This document shows positions 36,851 to 48,664 of a DNA stretch of 64,000 bases, piece after piece (positions within the stretch are counted from its first letter, which is position 1; the number at the start of each line of letters is the position of its first letter). The notes below the pieces were generated by a model. The model had not been told where the DNA came from. It did no database searches and was given only the letters and a program-made list of their open reading frames with translations. The DNA lies in the NCBI GenBank assembly GCA_965208105.1, contig OZ242318.1, positions 1 through 64,000 on the forward strand, read 5' to 3'. Made by a program: the position numbers and the translations under genes. This DNA comes from Candidatus Latescibacterota bacterium (GTDB taxonomy: Bacteria; Latescibacterota; UBA2968; UBA8231).

Positions 36851-38683
36851 ATGTGCGGGATCATCGGTTACGTAGGCAGGAAGCCGGTAGTGGAGGTGTT
36901 GCTAAACGGATTGCAGCGCCTCGAATACCGCGGCTACGACTCGGCGGGGATGGCCGCCATCGACGGAGGGCGGCTGCACATCGAGCGCGCCGCGGGCAAG
37001 GTGGCCGAGTTGGCAGGCCGCGTCGATGGCAAGCCCTGCGATGGAACCATCGGAATCGCCCATACGCGCTGGGCTACTCATGGCCGGCCCAGCGTGATGA
37101 ATGCCCACCCCCACACCGATGCAGGCGGGCGCATTGCCCTGGTCCACAACGGCATAATCGAGAACCACGGCGCCATCCGCTCCTATCTGGAGAATGAGGG
37201 AGTTCCGTTCAAGAGCGAGACGGATACGGAAGCTCTGGTCCAGCTCATGGGGTTTTTCTACGACCAGAGCGACGATTTGCTCGGCAGTGTCCGCAGCGCC
37301 CTTCAAGAGGTCAACGGAACCTATGGGGTGGCCATAGTGTGCGCCGATGAACCCCATACCCTGATTGCGGCGCGCCGCGGCAGTCCATTGATCGTCGGCA
37401 TCGGAGATCGCGAATTCCTGGTGGCCTCGGATGGCAGCGCCATCGTCGAGCACACAAGCCAGGTGGTCTATCTGCACGACAACGAGATGGTCCGCCTGGG
37501 AGCGGACGGGATGCATGTCAGTACCATAGACGCCGAACCGGTCCACAAGGAGGTGGACCTCCTGGAGCTGACTCTCGAGGAGATCCAGCTCGGCGGCTAC
37601 GAGCACTACATGCTTAAGGAGATCTACGAGCAACCCGAGGGCTTGCGCAACGTCATGCGGGGGCGGCTCGACCGAAGCTCTGAGTGCCTGCGTCTCGGGG
37701 GCCTGGACAACTGCGCCGGCGAATTGTCGCGCTGCCGGCGATTGCTGCTGGCCGCCAATGGAACCGCCTGGCACGCGGCATTGATCGGAGAATACCTCTT
37801 CGAGGAGCTGGCGCGCGTGCCGACGGAGGTGGAATACGCCAGCGAGTTGTGCTACCGCAATCCGATCGTGGAGGGGGATACTCTGGCCATCGTGATCAGT
37901 CAGTCCGGAGAGACCTTCGATACCCTGGCAGCACTGCGCGAGCTGAGAACCAAGGGGGCGATGGTGTTGGGCATTGTCAACGTGGTGGGCTCGACCATCG
38001 CCCGCGAAACCGATGCCGGCGTCTACCTGCACGTGGGGCCCGAGATCGGCGTGGCCAGCACCAAGGCTTTCACGGCGCAGATCGCCGTCCTCGCCATGAT
38101 GGCCACCGACCTGGGTCGGCACCGCCATCTTTCGCCCGAGCGCACCGTCGAAATCCTGGAGGAACTGGCGAGGATCCCGGAAAGTGTCGAGGAGGTCCTC
38201 ACTCTCGACCAGGAGATCCAGGCCTTGAGCGCACGCTTCGCCGAGCACGACAACTGGCTCTATATGGGCCGCGGAGTGAACTATCCGGTCGCCCTCGAGG
38301 GAGCTCTCAAGATCAAGGAGATCAGCTATATCCACGCCGAGGGTCTGCCCGCAGCGGAGATGAAGCACGGACCCCTGGCGCTCATCGATGAGGATATGCC
38401 CGTGGTCGTGGTCGCGCCCAGGGACCATACATACGACAAGATTCTGGCCAATATCGAGGAGGTCCGCGGCCGCGGCGGCCGCATCATCGCCATTGCCACG
38501 GAGGGCGACACCCAGCTTGAGAAGGCGGCCGAAGAGGTACTCTACGTGCCCGCAACCCTGCCCATGCTCTCCCCCCTGCTTACCACCATACCATTGCAGT
38601 TGCTGGCCTACCACACCGCCGTGATTCGCGGCCACGACGTGGACAAACCGCGGAATCTGGCCAAAAGCGTCACGGTGGAGTAG
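36851..38683 (+). CDS. glmS: Glutamine-fructose-6-phosphate aminotransferase
   Basis: MCGI N-terminus; LEYRGYDSAG, HTRWATHG, SQSGET and PRNLAKSVTVE C-terminus. Confidence 0.97.
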   Translation: MCGIIGYVGRKPVVEVLLNGLQRLEYRGYDSAGMAAIDGGRLHIERAAGKVAELAGRVDGKPCDGTIGIAHTRWATHGRPSVMNAHPHTDAGGRIALVHNGIIENHGAIRSYLENEGVPFKSETDTEALVQLMGFFYDQSDDLLGSVRSALQEVNGTYGVAIVCADEPHTLIAARRGSPLIVGIGDREFLVASDGSAIVEHTSQVVYLHDNEMVRLGADGMHVSTIDAEPVHKEVDLLELTLEEIQLGGYEHYMLKEIYEQPEGLRNVMRGRLDRSSECLRLGGLDNCAGELSRCRRLLLAANGTAWHAALIGEYLFEELARVPTEVEYASELCYRNPIVEGDTLAIVISQSGETFDTLAALRELRTKGAMVLGIVNVVGSTIARETDAGVYLHVGPEIGVASTKAFTAQIAVLAMMATDLGRHRHLSPERTVEILEELARIPESVEEVLTLDQEIQALSARFAEHDNWLYMGRGVNYPVALEGALKIKEISYIHAEGLPAAEMKHGPLALIDEDMPVVVVAPRDHTYDKILANIEEVRGRGGRIIAIATEGDTQLEKAAEEVLYVPATLPMLSPLLTTIPLQLLAYHTAVIRGHDVDKPRNLAKSVTVE

Positions 38684-38700
38684 CTGGTTCGACAGAATCC

Positions 38701-39963
38701 ATGCGCATTCTGGTCTACGAGGACTCCGGCTGGCAGAAGTTTCTTCCTCTCGTCTACATGCGGGCGGTTTTTCAGTTGGTCTGCGGCATGGGAGACCTGC
38801 TGGCCAGGGTCCTCACCCTGAGTGCCCGCTGCGGCCGCGCAGATGCTGCTCCGGCCCTCTGGTGTCGCCCGGGGCTGGCCGGGGTCGTCGCCGTGAACAC
38901 CGGACTGGAGACCAACCAGCCCCTGGCCGGATCGACCTTGCTGCTCAACGGCAGGGGTCTTTGGACTCGCCTGCCCTCTGTCAGTCCCGGCGATCCGGCC
39001 TGGATAGGCACCGCTGGTTCCCTGGAACGGGTGGCGTGCGTCTTCGCCGATGCTGCGTTGGCAGCGCAGTTGTCTCCCGAACTTCTCCTGGACCGGGAGA
39101 AGAGCTCGGCCCTGCTGCAGGCCCTGCCCCGGCGGGATGTGAGCGCGGATGTGACCCTGCTGGAGTGGCCGTGGGAAATCGTCCGCGCCCTGAAAGGGGC
39201 GCTGGCAGAAGACTGGATTCACCGGGGCGGCAGGGGAGCCATTCTGGGGGAGGTGGACGGGGCCAGCCACGTCCTCGGAGCTGAGACGGTCCATATAGGT
39301 GAGGGGACGCAGCTGAAGCCGTGCGCGGTGATTGACGCGGGCAAGGGGCCGGTGTGGATCGGCCGCAAGGCCGAGATCCTGCCCCACGCCTATGTGGAGG
39401 GACCTGCCTTCATAGGGGATGGCTGCCGCCTGCAGCCCGGTGCAGTTGTGCGAGCAAGTTTTATCGGGCCGGTCTGCAGGATCGGGGGGGAGGTCGAGGG
39501 GAGTATCGTGCAAAGCTGCTCCAACAAACAGCACCACGGGTTTCTGGGTCACGGCTATGTCGGGTCCTGGGTTAACCTCGCGGCGGGCTGCGTCAGCGGC
39601 GACCTCAAGAATACCTACGGCAGCGTGCGCGTGCCGGTCAACGGGCGCGAGGTGGACAGCGGCGAGCAGTTTGTCGGGACGTTCGTCGGCGATCATAGCA
39701 AGATCGGCACCAACGTCGCGTTGCCGCCGGGAGCCGTGGTCGGATTCTGCAGCAGCGTCGCGACTTCGCGCATTCCCAAATTCGTCCCCAGTTTTTCCTG
39801 GATCGACGGGGACAGAAGGGAGCGCTACGCCGGGGACCGCGGGCTGGAGGTTGCGCGCAAGGCGATGGCGCGGCGCGGCAAGGAGATGGGCGCGGCGGCG
39901 GAGCGCGTCTTTCTCGAGGTCAGCCGGCAGGCTCGGGAGCTGGAGTACGTGGAAGAGTTGTGA
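38701..39963 (+). CDS. GlmU-like putative sugar nucleotidyltransferase with left-handed beta-helix
   Basis: FLPL...R.V..L.CG N-domain; hexapeptide repeats; IGGEV, SNK.H.GFLGH.YVG.WVNL and DLKNTY motifs. Confidence 0.8.
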   Translation: MRILVYEDSGWQKFLPLVYMRAVFQLVCGMGDLLARVLTLSARCGRADAAPALWCRPGLAGVVAVNTGLETNQPLAGSTLLLNGRGLWTRLPSVSPGDPAWIGTAGSLERVACVFADAALAAQLSPELLLDREKSSALLQALPRRDVSADVTLLEWPWEIVRALKGALAEDWIHRGGRGAILGEVDGASHVLGAETVHIGEGTQLKPCAVIDAGKGPVWIGRKAEILPHAYVEGPAFIGDGCRLQPGAVVRASFIGPVCRIGGEVEGSIVQSCSNKQHHGFLGHGYVGSWVNLAAGCVSGDLKNTYGSVRVPVNGREVDSGEQFVGTFVGDHSKIGTNVALPPGAVVGFCSSVATSRIPKFVPSFSWIDGDRRERYAGDRGLEVARKAMARRGKEMGAAAERVFLEVSRQARELEYVEEL

Positions 39964-40028
39964 GCAGCGGCGGAAAGGAGATGGCGGCGGGAATGCGCTG
40001 GGGCGGCCCTCTAGCCTTGCGGTCACGG

Positions 40029-40065
40029 GCGCGGGGGCCGAAGACACGGTCTGCGGCCCCCGCGC
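40029..40065. repeat. GC-rich perfect 12-bp inverted repeat between convergent genes
   Basis: GCGCGGGGGCCG (40029-40040) pairs with CGGCCCCCGCGC (40054-40065). Confidence 0.7.
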
Positions 40066-40121
40066 GGTTGCTCAGGAGTTTCCTGCGTCAGCCGCCCGGA
40101 TGGACTTCATCAACGGGCTGC

Positions 40122-40284
40122 TAGTGTTCCGCCGCAGAGATAGGTTGACGCAATTGGGCCGCCGAGGCGCCCGGCTCACAAGGCGCCTGAGCAAGTCGTA
40201 CCAGTGGTGTACGGCGAGTGAAGGCAACGCCGTGAGCCGGGATGGATCGGCGGAATAATGGCGACATATTTCTGCGACGCAACA

Positions 40285-40287
<3 letters not shown>
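40122..40287. mobile_element. MITE-like element, copy 2
   Basis: CTAGTGTTCCGCCGCAGAGATA (40121-40142) versus TATTTCTGCGACGCAACACTAG (40267-40288): 22 bp with 3 mismatches. Core shared with 862-939. Confidence 0.8.
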
Positions 40288-41757
<1,470 letters not shown>

Positions 41758-41940
41758 CTAAAGGCTCCTTGGTTGAAAATATGGAGTGGGTGAGGACAAC
41801 CACGGGCGGCGCCGTGCATTCCCTTGCAGGATGATGACTTCAGCGTTGACGCCGCCCATTTTGTCGAAGGTTCGCTGTCGATCCCTTGCGGCAGGGGATA
41901 TCTCACCATACAGGTCTGCCGCTTCATCTGAGAAAAATCT

Positions 41941-41969
41941 ATATTACTTCCAGGCCGATGGACTGTCAA
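41941..41969 (-). promoter_or_regulatory. Putative sigma70 promoter of glnA
   Basis: TTGACA-17 nt-TAATAT on the minus strand. Confidence 0.6.
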
Positions 41970-41992
41970 GAAGTTCGGGCGGATAATTGACC

Positions 41993-42934
41993 ATGTACTC
42001 GATTGGAGTTGACGGGGGAGGCACCCGCACACGAGCGGTAATGGTAGACGGCGAGGGAGCAATAAGCGCCGTGTCCACGGGGGGCTGTGGAAATGTTCAG
42101 GTAGTGGGACTCGGAGGACTGAAATCCCTCCTGGACCGGCTGTTGGGCGAGTTGGGAGCGGTCTCGCAGGACCGCTCTCTATGCCTGGCTCTGGCAGGCG
42201 CCGGACGCCGCCCGGAACGGATGGCCATTGCCGCGATGGCGCGGTCCAGAGGCTGGGCTCAAAGGGTCGAGGTCGTGAGCGACGCAGAGGGTGCGCTCAC
42301 GGGGGCGCATGGAGGCGGACCGGGTCTTATCGCGATATCAGGCACTGGTTCCATCGTCCTGGGCAGGGACGAGAGCGGACGCGAGGCCCGCGCTGGCGGT
42401 TGGGGCCCCTTGCTGGGAGACGAGGGCAGCGGTTACTCGATCGGGCTCGAAGCTCTGCGCGCGGTTTTGAGAGCGGAAGACGGGTGGGGGGATAAAACGC
42501 TGTTGGCCGGTGAGCTGGAAAAGGCCCTGGGGTTGGAGAATTGGGATCAGCTGGTGCAGAAGGTATACAGGAGCGAGATCGACCGGGAGCACATTTCAGC
42601 CCTGTGCCCCCTGGTGTTTGCCGCGGCCCGCCGCGGTGACGGAGCCGCGCGGAAAATCATTGCGGAAGCAGGAAGCGCGCTGGGCAGCCAGGTGTCCGCG
42701 GTGGCGAGGCGGTTGTGCCTGCGGGGAGCGGTGGCCTTGTCCTGTACCGGCGGAGTATTCAAAGAAAGGGAGATGCTGTGGCCTTCGATGCAGAGGGCTG
42801 TGCGGGGGGAGGTGGAAACGCTGCGGTTCACCAAGCCATTGCTGCCCCCCGTTCTCGGAGCAGTGCTGATCGCACGCAGACAGGCGGGCCTGGACTGCGG
42901 CAGGGAATTCATCGACCTTCTCGCCCGCTCCTGA
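41993..42934 (+). CDS. BadF/BadG/BcrA/BcrD-type N-acetylglucosamine/MurNAc kinase
   Basis: GVDGGGTRT, ISGTGS and RAGGWG.LLGDEGSGY motifs. Confidence 0.88.
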   Translation: MYSIGVDGGGTRTRAVMVDGEGAISAVSTGGCGNVQVVGLGGLKSLLDRLLGELGAVSQDRSLCLALAGAGRRPERMAIAAMARSRGWAQRVEVVSDAEGALTGAHGGGPGLIAISGTGSIVLGRDESGREARAGGWGPLLGDEGSGYSIGLEALRAVLRAEDGWGDKTLLAGELEKALGLENWDQLVQKVYRSEIDREHISALCPLVFAAARRGDGAARKIIAEAGSALGSQVSAVARRLCLRGAVALSCTGGVFKEREMLWPSMQRAVRGEVETLRFTKPLLPPVLGAVLIARRQAGLDCGREFIDLLARS

Positions 42935-43119
42935 TTGCCCTTGAGTCCAGTATTTTCATCCCACTTGAATACCTCGGCGAAGTGTGGTTCCGCCGTCGAA
43001 TTCGGGCAGTTCGGCCCCCTTGACAAGATGTCCATTACTCTTATCGTTTTTCAATAATTGCCCTGTCCAGGATTTTAGTTGACAGAAATTCTGCATCGGC
43101 AGAGAAGGTTGACCCTCTG

Positions 43120-44145
43120 ATGGCGAACGCCCCCCTCTCCAAGCGAGAACGACTGATCCTGCAGGCCCTGGTGAAGGCCTACATTGCCATTGGGGATCCG
43201 ATAGGTTCGCGCACTCTGTTCAGACGAGAGAATCTCGGCATCGCCCCGGCAACCATCCGCCATATTCTGGCGAGCCTCGAAGAGAAGGGATTTGTCCAGC
43301 AGCCACACACATCCGCCGGGCGCGTTCCGACCGATAGGGGGTACCGATTCTACGTGGAAGAATCCGTGGTCGGCGATGGCGATTGGCAGGTGGACGGGGA
43401 AGCCGAATTGAGAGAGCAACTGGACGCGAAATTCCAACAGGAGAACATCGATCAGATCCTCGGCCAGTTGGCCAAGATTCTCGGGGATATTTCGCATCAA
43501 TTAGGGCTTGTAATGGCGCCCCGATTCGAACAGGGGATATTCCACAAGCTGGAACTTATCCAGTTGGCGGAAAAGCGCGTTTTGCTGGTGGTGACAATCC
43601 GTCAGGGGGTGGTGAAGAGCCTCGTCATTGAAATGGACTCGAACTTGTCGCAACGCAATTTGGAGACCATGAGCCGATTGCTCAACGAACGCCTCAACGG
43701 CTTGAGCATGGCAGAGATTCGCCGTTCCGTGCGCCACCGCCTGCAGTCCCTCGCTGTGGGAAATCCCCAACTGTTGCGCGTGGTCGCCGAAGAGATAAAG
43801 GAGATGGCCAACCCCAGCGGTAGTGGTCTCTATGTTGCGGGCACGGGCAATATCTGCTTGCAGCCCGAATTTCGCGATCCACTCAAGGTGGCAGGTCTGA
43901 TGGACCTGGTTGAGGAGAAGGACAGACTGGCACACCTCCTGAGGGACCGCGAAGGGATGGTCATAACCATAGGGAAGGAGAACCGGCCCCAAGTCATGCG
44001 GTTGTGCAGCATGGTGACCGCCAGCTACGAGGTAAATGGCGCTCGAGGCGTCATTGGGGTGATCGGTCCGACCCGAATGCCCTATGGCCGCGTCGTTTCC
44101 CTTGTGCGGCATGCTGCTGCCCGGGCCGCCGGGCTGGTAAGTTGA
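43120..44145 (+). CDS. hrcA: Heat-inducible transcription repressor HrcA
   Basis: PIGSR, ATIR, QPHTSAGRVPTD.GYRFYV and GPTRM.Y motifs. Confidence 0.95.
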   Translation: MANAPLSKRERLILQALVKAYIAIGDPIGSRTLFRRENLGIAPATIRHILASLEEKGFVQQPHTSAGRVPTDRGYRFYVEESVVGDGDWQVDGEAELREQLDAKFQQENIDQILGQLAKILGDISHQLGLVMAPRFEQGIFHKLELIQLAEKRVLLVVTIRQGVVKSLVIEMDSNLSQRNLETMSRLLNERLNGLSMAEIRRSVRHRLQSLAVGNPQLLRVVAEEIKEMANPSGSGLYVAGTGNICLQPEFRDPLKVAGLMDLVEEKDRLAHLLRDREGMVITIGKENRPQVMRLCSMVTASYEVNGARGVIGVIGPTRMPYGRVVSLVRHAAARAAGLVS

Positions 44146-44179
44146 ACCGTTGCGACAGGAGATCGAATCCGGATTTGCC

Positions 44180-44791
44180 ATGAGCGAGATCAATCCCGAA
44201 GAAAGGCCTTCTTCCGGGGGCGAAGAACGCCGCGAGGAAGAAGAGCCGCTGGTGGAATTGGATGACAAAGGAGAGCCACCCGATAGTTCTGCGGAGGAAA
44301 CGGAGCGGGAAGATGAGGTGGGGAGATTGGAAGAAGCATGCGAAGCCGCCCGGGAGGAGGCAGCGGAAAATTACGACCGCTTCCTGCGCGCGCGGGCCGA
44401 ACTGGATAACTATCGCAAGCGCACCGCGGGAATAAGGGTGGAGACGCGAGAGGAAACCCTGCGCGAATTGTTGATGAAGATTGCTCCCATACTCGACAAT
44501 ATGAGGCGTGCCCTGGGGCAGGAAAGCGAAAATGTAGAAAGCCTCAAACAGGGAGTCGAATTGATATACAACCAAATTGGAGACGCTCTGAAAGGATATG
44601 GTCTCGAGCCAATCGAGGCGGTCGGCCAGCCATTCGATCCCCATCTTCACGAAGCCCTGATGGAAGTTGAGCACGGGGAATATTCACCAGGCACCGTGGT
44701 CGAGGAACTGGACAAGGGCTATAAGCTGAATGACAAGGTAGTGCGGCCTGCTCGCGTGGTTGTTTGCAAGGCTGGAGAAGAAAATGGCTGA
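44180..44791 (+). CDS. grpE: Nucleotide exchange factor GrpE
   Basis: RA.AE.DNYRKR, FDP.LHEA and KGY.L...VVRPA.V motifs. Confidence 0.95.
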   Translation: MSEINPEERPSSGGEERREEEEPLVELDDKGEPPDSSAEETEREDEVGRLEEACEAAREEAAENYDRFLRARAELDNYRKRTAGIRVETREETLRELLMKIAPILDNMRRALGQESENVESLKQGVELIYNQIGDALKGYGLEPIEAVGQPFDPHLHEALMEVEHGEYSPGTVVEELDKGYKLNDKVVRPARVVVCKAGEENG

Positions 44792-44867
44792 GTTTTCCAG
44801 CCTTCCACCTGCCCATAGTGAACGAGGTGCCCACCGCCCCTCCCGGAACGGCGGAGAATAGGGGAAA

Positions 44868-46013
44868 ATGGCCAGGAGAGACTATTACGAGGTCCTCGGA
44901 GTTGGCCGCGAGGCGACCGAAGCCGAGATCAAGGGCGCGTACCGAAAATTGGCGTTGAAATACCATCCGGACCGCAACCCGGACGATGCACAGGCGGAGG
45001 GGAAGTTCAAGGAGGCATCGGAGGCCTACGAGGTGCTCAGCGATGCGCAGAAGAAGGCCAACTACGACCGCTACGGTCATGCCGGCCTCGAGGGCAGTTT
45101 CGGAAGCGGCGGATTCCAATGGTCGGATTTCACCCATGCCTCGGATTTCGAAGATATATTCGGCGACATTTTCGGGAGCTTCTTCGGGGGTTCCGGGTCG
45201 CGGACACGGGGGAGGTCCGGGCCGCCAAGGGGGCGGGATCTCAAGGTGGGCCTCAAGCTTACCCTCGAAGAAATCGCCTCCGGGACCGAAAAGAAGATAA
45301 ACCTGAACCGCTTGCAGAAATGCGAGTTTTGTGGAGGCTCGGGAGCGGCGGCGGGCGGTTCGAAAAAGACCTGCACGACCTGTGGAGGTGTAGGCCAGGT
45401 GCAGCAGGTTTCCCGCTCTATTTTTGGTCAATCGGTGCGGGTTACGGTCTGTCCTTCCTGCAGCGGGGAAGGTAGTATCGTCAGCTCGCCATGCGACGAA
45501 TGCAGCGGCGAGGGAGTTCGGCGGGGAAAGGCAACCCTGACGGTGAGGATTCCCGCCGGGGTCAGCTCGGGAAATTATATCCCGTTGCGGGGGCAGGGAG
45601 ACACGGGACTGAGGGGCGGTCCTGCCGGGGATTGCCTGGTGTACATAGACGAGAAGGACCACAAGTACTTCGATCGAGACGGCAACGACGTAATCTACCG
45701 CTGCCCCATAAGCTTCAGCCAGGCCGCACTGGGTGAGGAGGTCGAGGTCCCCACACTGGGCGGCAAGGCCAAAATGGAGGTTCCCGCAGGAACGCAATCC
45801 GGCAAGGTATTTCGAATGCGCGGAAAGGGGGTTCCGGATGTCAACGGCCGCGGGGTTGGCGACCAGCTGGTTCAGGTCGTTCTGTGGACGCCGGACAGCC
45901 TGAGCCCTCGAGAGCGCGAACTCTTCGAGGAACTGGGGGATCTCGAGAGGAAGCGCGCTGCCTCCGAAGGCAGGAGTTTCTTTGCAAAAATGTTTGAGGC
46001 GTTTGGTGGCTGA
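44868..46013 (+). CDS. dnaJ: Chaperone DnaJ
   Basis: J domain with HPD, G/F-rich region and four CxxCxGxG repeats. Confidence 0.97.
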   Translation: MARRDYYEVLGVGREATEAEIKGAYRKLALKYHPDRNPDDAQAEGKFKEASEAYEVLSDAQKKANYDRYGHAGLEGSFGSGGFQWSDFTHASDFEDIFGDIFGSFFGGSGSRTRGRSGPPRGRDLKVGLKLTLEEIASGTEKKINLNRLQKCEFCGGSGAAAGGSKKTCTTCGGVGQVQQVSRSIFGQSVRVTVCPSCSGEGSIVSSPCDECSGEGVRRGKATLTVRIPAGVSSGNYIPLRGQGDTGLRGGPAGDCLVYIDEKDHKYFDRDGNDVIYRCPISFSQAALGEEVEVPTLGGKAKMEVPAGTQSGKVFRMRGKGVPDVNGRGVGDQLVQVVLWTPDSLSPRERELFEELGDLERKRAASEGRSFFAKMFEAFGG

Positions 46014-46074
46014 ATGCTCTTCCCCCCGCCCCTGGTGGATTCCCCCCCATCGCATTAGTTCATAGAGATGAAAT

Positions 46075-46890
46075 ATGCAGGTGCCTAGGACCGTTCCGGA
46101 GGACCGCGGCGGGCTTCCTGGCGTGCGCAATGCCATTGCAGTGGCCAGTGCCAAGGGTGGCGTGGGCAAGTCGACGGTCAGCACGAACCTCGCCTTAAGT
46201 CTGGCTCAAACCGGAGTGCGGGTGGGTTTGCTTGATGCCGATATATACGGGCCCAGTCTGCCATTGCTGATGGGGGTTCAGAAGCAGCCTGATTTGACCT
46301 CGGAGGGCAAAATACTGCCCATAGAGAAGCACGGCGTTGCGCTGATGTCCATCGGTTTCATTGCCGGGGAAGATGCTCCGGTGGTCTGGCGCGGACCGCT
46401 GCTGGCACAAGCGTTGCAGCACTTTATCAGCAAAGTCCAATGGGGTGACCTCGACTATCTCCTGATCGACCTGCCGCCTGGCACCGGAGATATTCCTCTG
46501 ACCCTCAGCCAGACTCTGGCCTTGTCCGGCGCGGTCATCGTGACTACTCCTCAGGCGGTGGCCCTGGAGGACGTGGAGCGCGGGATCGCCATGTTCGAGA
46601 AGGTGGAGATCGATGTGCTCGGGCTGGTGGAAAACATGAGCTATTTCATCTGTCCAAACTGCAGCGAGCGCCACGCGATCTTCGCTGCCGGTGGAGGAAG
46701 AGAGATGGCGGTCAGACTGGGACTGAATTTTCTCGGGGCCATCCCACTCGATGGAGCAATTGGAGCGGGAGGGGACCGCGGAGAGCCCATCGCCCTGTCG
46801 TCCCGGCATGGGGATGAAGGCAGGATATTCGCGGAAATAGCCGCGGGGATGGTGGCCGAAATCCGTCGAATAGCAGCCGGGGAAACCTGA
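46075..46890 (+). CDS. Mrp/NBP35 (ApbC) Fe-S carrier ATPase
   Basis: KGGVGKST, DADIYGPS, WRGP, DLPPGTGD and ENMS...CPNC motifs. Confidence 0.93.
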   Translation: MQVPRTVPEDRGGLPGVRNAIAVASAKGGVGKSTVSTNLALSLAQTGVRVGLLDADIYGPSLPLLMGVQKQPDLTSEGKILPIEKHGVALMSIGFIAGEDAPVVWRGPLLAQALQHFISKVQWGDLDYLLIDLPPGTGDIPLTLSQTLALSGAVIVTTPQAVALEDVERGIAMFEKVEIDVLGLVENMSYFICPNCSERHAIFAAGGGREMAVRLGLNFLGAIPLDGAIGAGGDRGEPIALSSRHGDEGRIFAEIAAGMVAEIRRIAAGET

Positions 46891-46899
46891 GCAGATCGA

Positions 46900-47898
46900 G
46901 TGGACCCAGGCGGAACCGAGCTGGGGAGGGGCGGATCTGCTCCCGCGGAACAGGACGAAGAAGCGCCGCGCACCGCGACCCGGCGGCTTTACCAACTCAA
47001 GGAGGCTCCTGCAATCTGCGACAGGGACTGTTCCAGGAAACAGAGCTGGCACTGTCTCCGCTTTGCAGTGCCGCCCTCCCGAGCGGAGGATATCAGCATC
47101 CGTTGCTTCGAACTCGGCAGCTGTGGCCTTCAGGTTGAAGAAAATGGCGAAACCACTTATCTGATCGCCTATTTCGATGCGGCCCTGAACGTCCATGAAA
47201 TCTGCCGGGACCTCGAAAACCATCTGAACCTGCTCGGCCTGATGCCTGTCCCCATCGGGCGGGATCATCTGCAGGAACGCGACTGGGGGGCTGAGTGGCG
47301 CCGTTTTTTCCAACCGGTGTGGGCCACACCTCGCATCGTCGTCCACCCATCCTGGATACCCGTGGAGACCAGCGGCAATCAGATCGCGGTGGTCATAGAT
47401 CCCCAGATGGCGTTTGGGACTGGGGGCCACGAATCCACCCGGCTTTGCCTGCGCGGATTGGAGGACAACCTGCTGCCGGGAGACCACTGCCTGGATGTGG
47501 GAACTGGCACGGGGGTTCTGGCGATTGCCGCCGCGCACCTCGGCGCCGCCCGGGTACTGGCCATTGATACCGACCCGAAAGCCGTGAAGAACGCCCGCCA
47601 GAACCTAGCTCGTAACAAGGTCGGAGGCGAACAGGCCGTCGTGCGGCAGGCCACCATCAGCGAATTGTCCGTGCCGGGGTACGAACTGATTGTGGCCAAC
47701 CTCCAGAGCCATGAGTTGTGTCCAATGCTTGCCTCCGCACGGGATCTGGTGGTGGCTGGTGGCCGGATTCTATTCTCCGGTTTGCTGCAGCGGGAGGAGG
47801 ATGGGTTCTGCCGCAGGGTGGAAGGAGCAGGCCTGTGCGTGAAGGCAGTGCAGTCCGAGAACGAGTGGATTTGTGTCACTGCCCGGAAGGATGGCTAG
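46900..47898 (+). CDS. prmA: Ribosomal protein L11 methyltransferase
   Basis: DW..EW, DP.MAFGTG.HEST and LDVGTGTGVL motifs. Start uncertain. Confidence 0.9.
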   Translation: MDPGGTELGRGGSAPAEQDEEAPRTATRRLYQLKEAPAICDRDCSRKQSWHCLRFAVPPSRAEDISIRCFELGSCGLQVEENGETTYLIAYFDAALNVHEICRDLENHLNLLGLMPVPIGRDHLQERDWGAEWRRFFQPVWATPRIVVHPSWIPVETSGNQIAVVIDPQMAFGTGGHESTRLCLRGLEDNLLPGDHCLDVGTGTGVLAIAAAHLGAARVLAIDTDPKAVKNARQNLARNKVGGEQAVVRQATISELSVPGYELIVANLQSHELCPMLASARDLVVAGGRILFSGLLQREEDGFCRRVEGAGLCVKAVQSENEWICVTARKDG

Positions 47899-48660
47899 AT
47901 GCCCGGGTTTTTGGTCCTGCCTGAAGATGTCCGGGGTGACATTCTGATCCTGCGCGACCAGGAGGCGCATCATCTTGCCCGCGTGCGGCGCCTGCGACCG
48001 GACGACCGGATCGAGGTGATCGATGGCCTTGGGCATTGCTACCAGGTTCGCGTTGCCGCCGTAGCCCGCGCGGAAGTACATTGCGAGATCCTCGGCTGCC
48101 GGGACGAGTGCGGTGAGAATCCGGTCCAACTCAGCCTGGCCCCTGCCCTGGTCAAGGGCGCGCGCTTCGATTCCATAGTTGAAAAGGCCACCGAAATCGG
48201 GGTTGGATGTATCGCGCCGGTAATCGCGGACCGAGGAGTTGTGCAGCCGGGTACGGGAAACAAAATCGAGCGCTGGCGGCGGTTGATTCGCGCCGCCGCC
48301 AAGCAATGCGGGCGTTCACGGCTGCCCGCGCTCTACCCACCGGCCCCGCTGGAGGTCGTTCTGGATTGTCTGCGCCGGCGCAGCGATTTCTTGCTGATGG
48401 CCTCTCCCCCAGGTCCGAGGCAGGAGCCGGGACCGCAGCTGCGCGAGTGCGTGGCCGCTGCAAGGCCCATGCGCCCGGGCCTGCTGATCGGGCCGGAAGG
48501 AGGATTTAGCGGGGCGGAGCGGGAGAAGGCAGTAAAGCTCGGTGCGACGGTATTTTCATGGGGGGAGCGCACCATGAGGACGGATACGGCAAGCTGCGTC
48601 CTCGCGGCTCTGGTCCTTCACGAAGCCGAGCAGGCTCAGGTCACAGGAAGGAGGGATTGA
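47899..48660 (+). CDS. rsmE: 16S rRNA m3U1498 methyltransferase
   Basis: HHL.RV.R, EKATEIGV, KQCGR and IGPEGGF...R.DTA motifs. Confidence 0.93.
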   Translation: MPGFLVLPEDVRGDILILRDQEAHHLARVRRLRPDDRIEVIDGLGHCYQVRVAAVARAEVHCEILGCRDECGENPVQLSLAPALVKGARFDSIVEKATEIGVGCIAPVIADRGVVQPGTGNKIERWRRLIRAAAKQCGRSRLPALYPPAPLEVVLDCLRRRSDFLLMASPPGPRQEPGPQLRECVAAARPMRPGLLIGPEGGFSGAEREKAVKLGATVFSWGERTMRTDTASCVLAALVLHEAEQAQVTGRRD

Positions 48661-48664
48661 CAAA

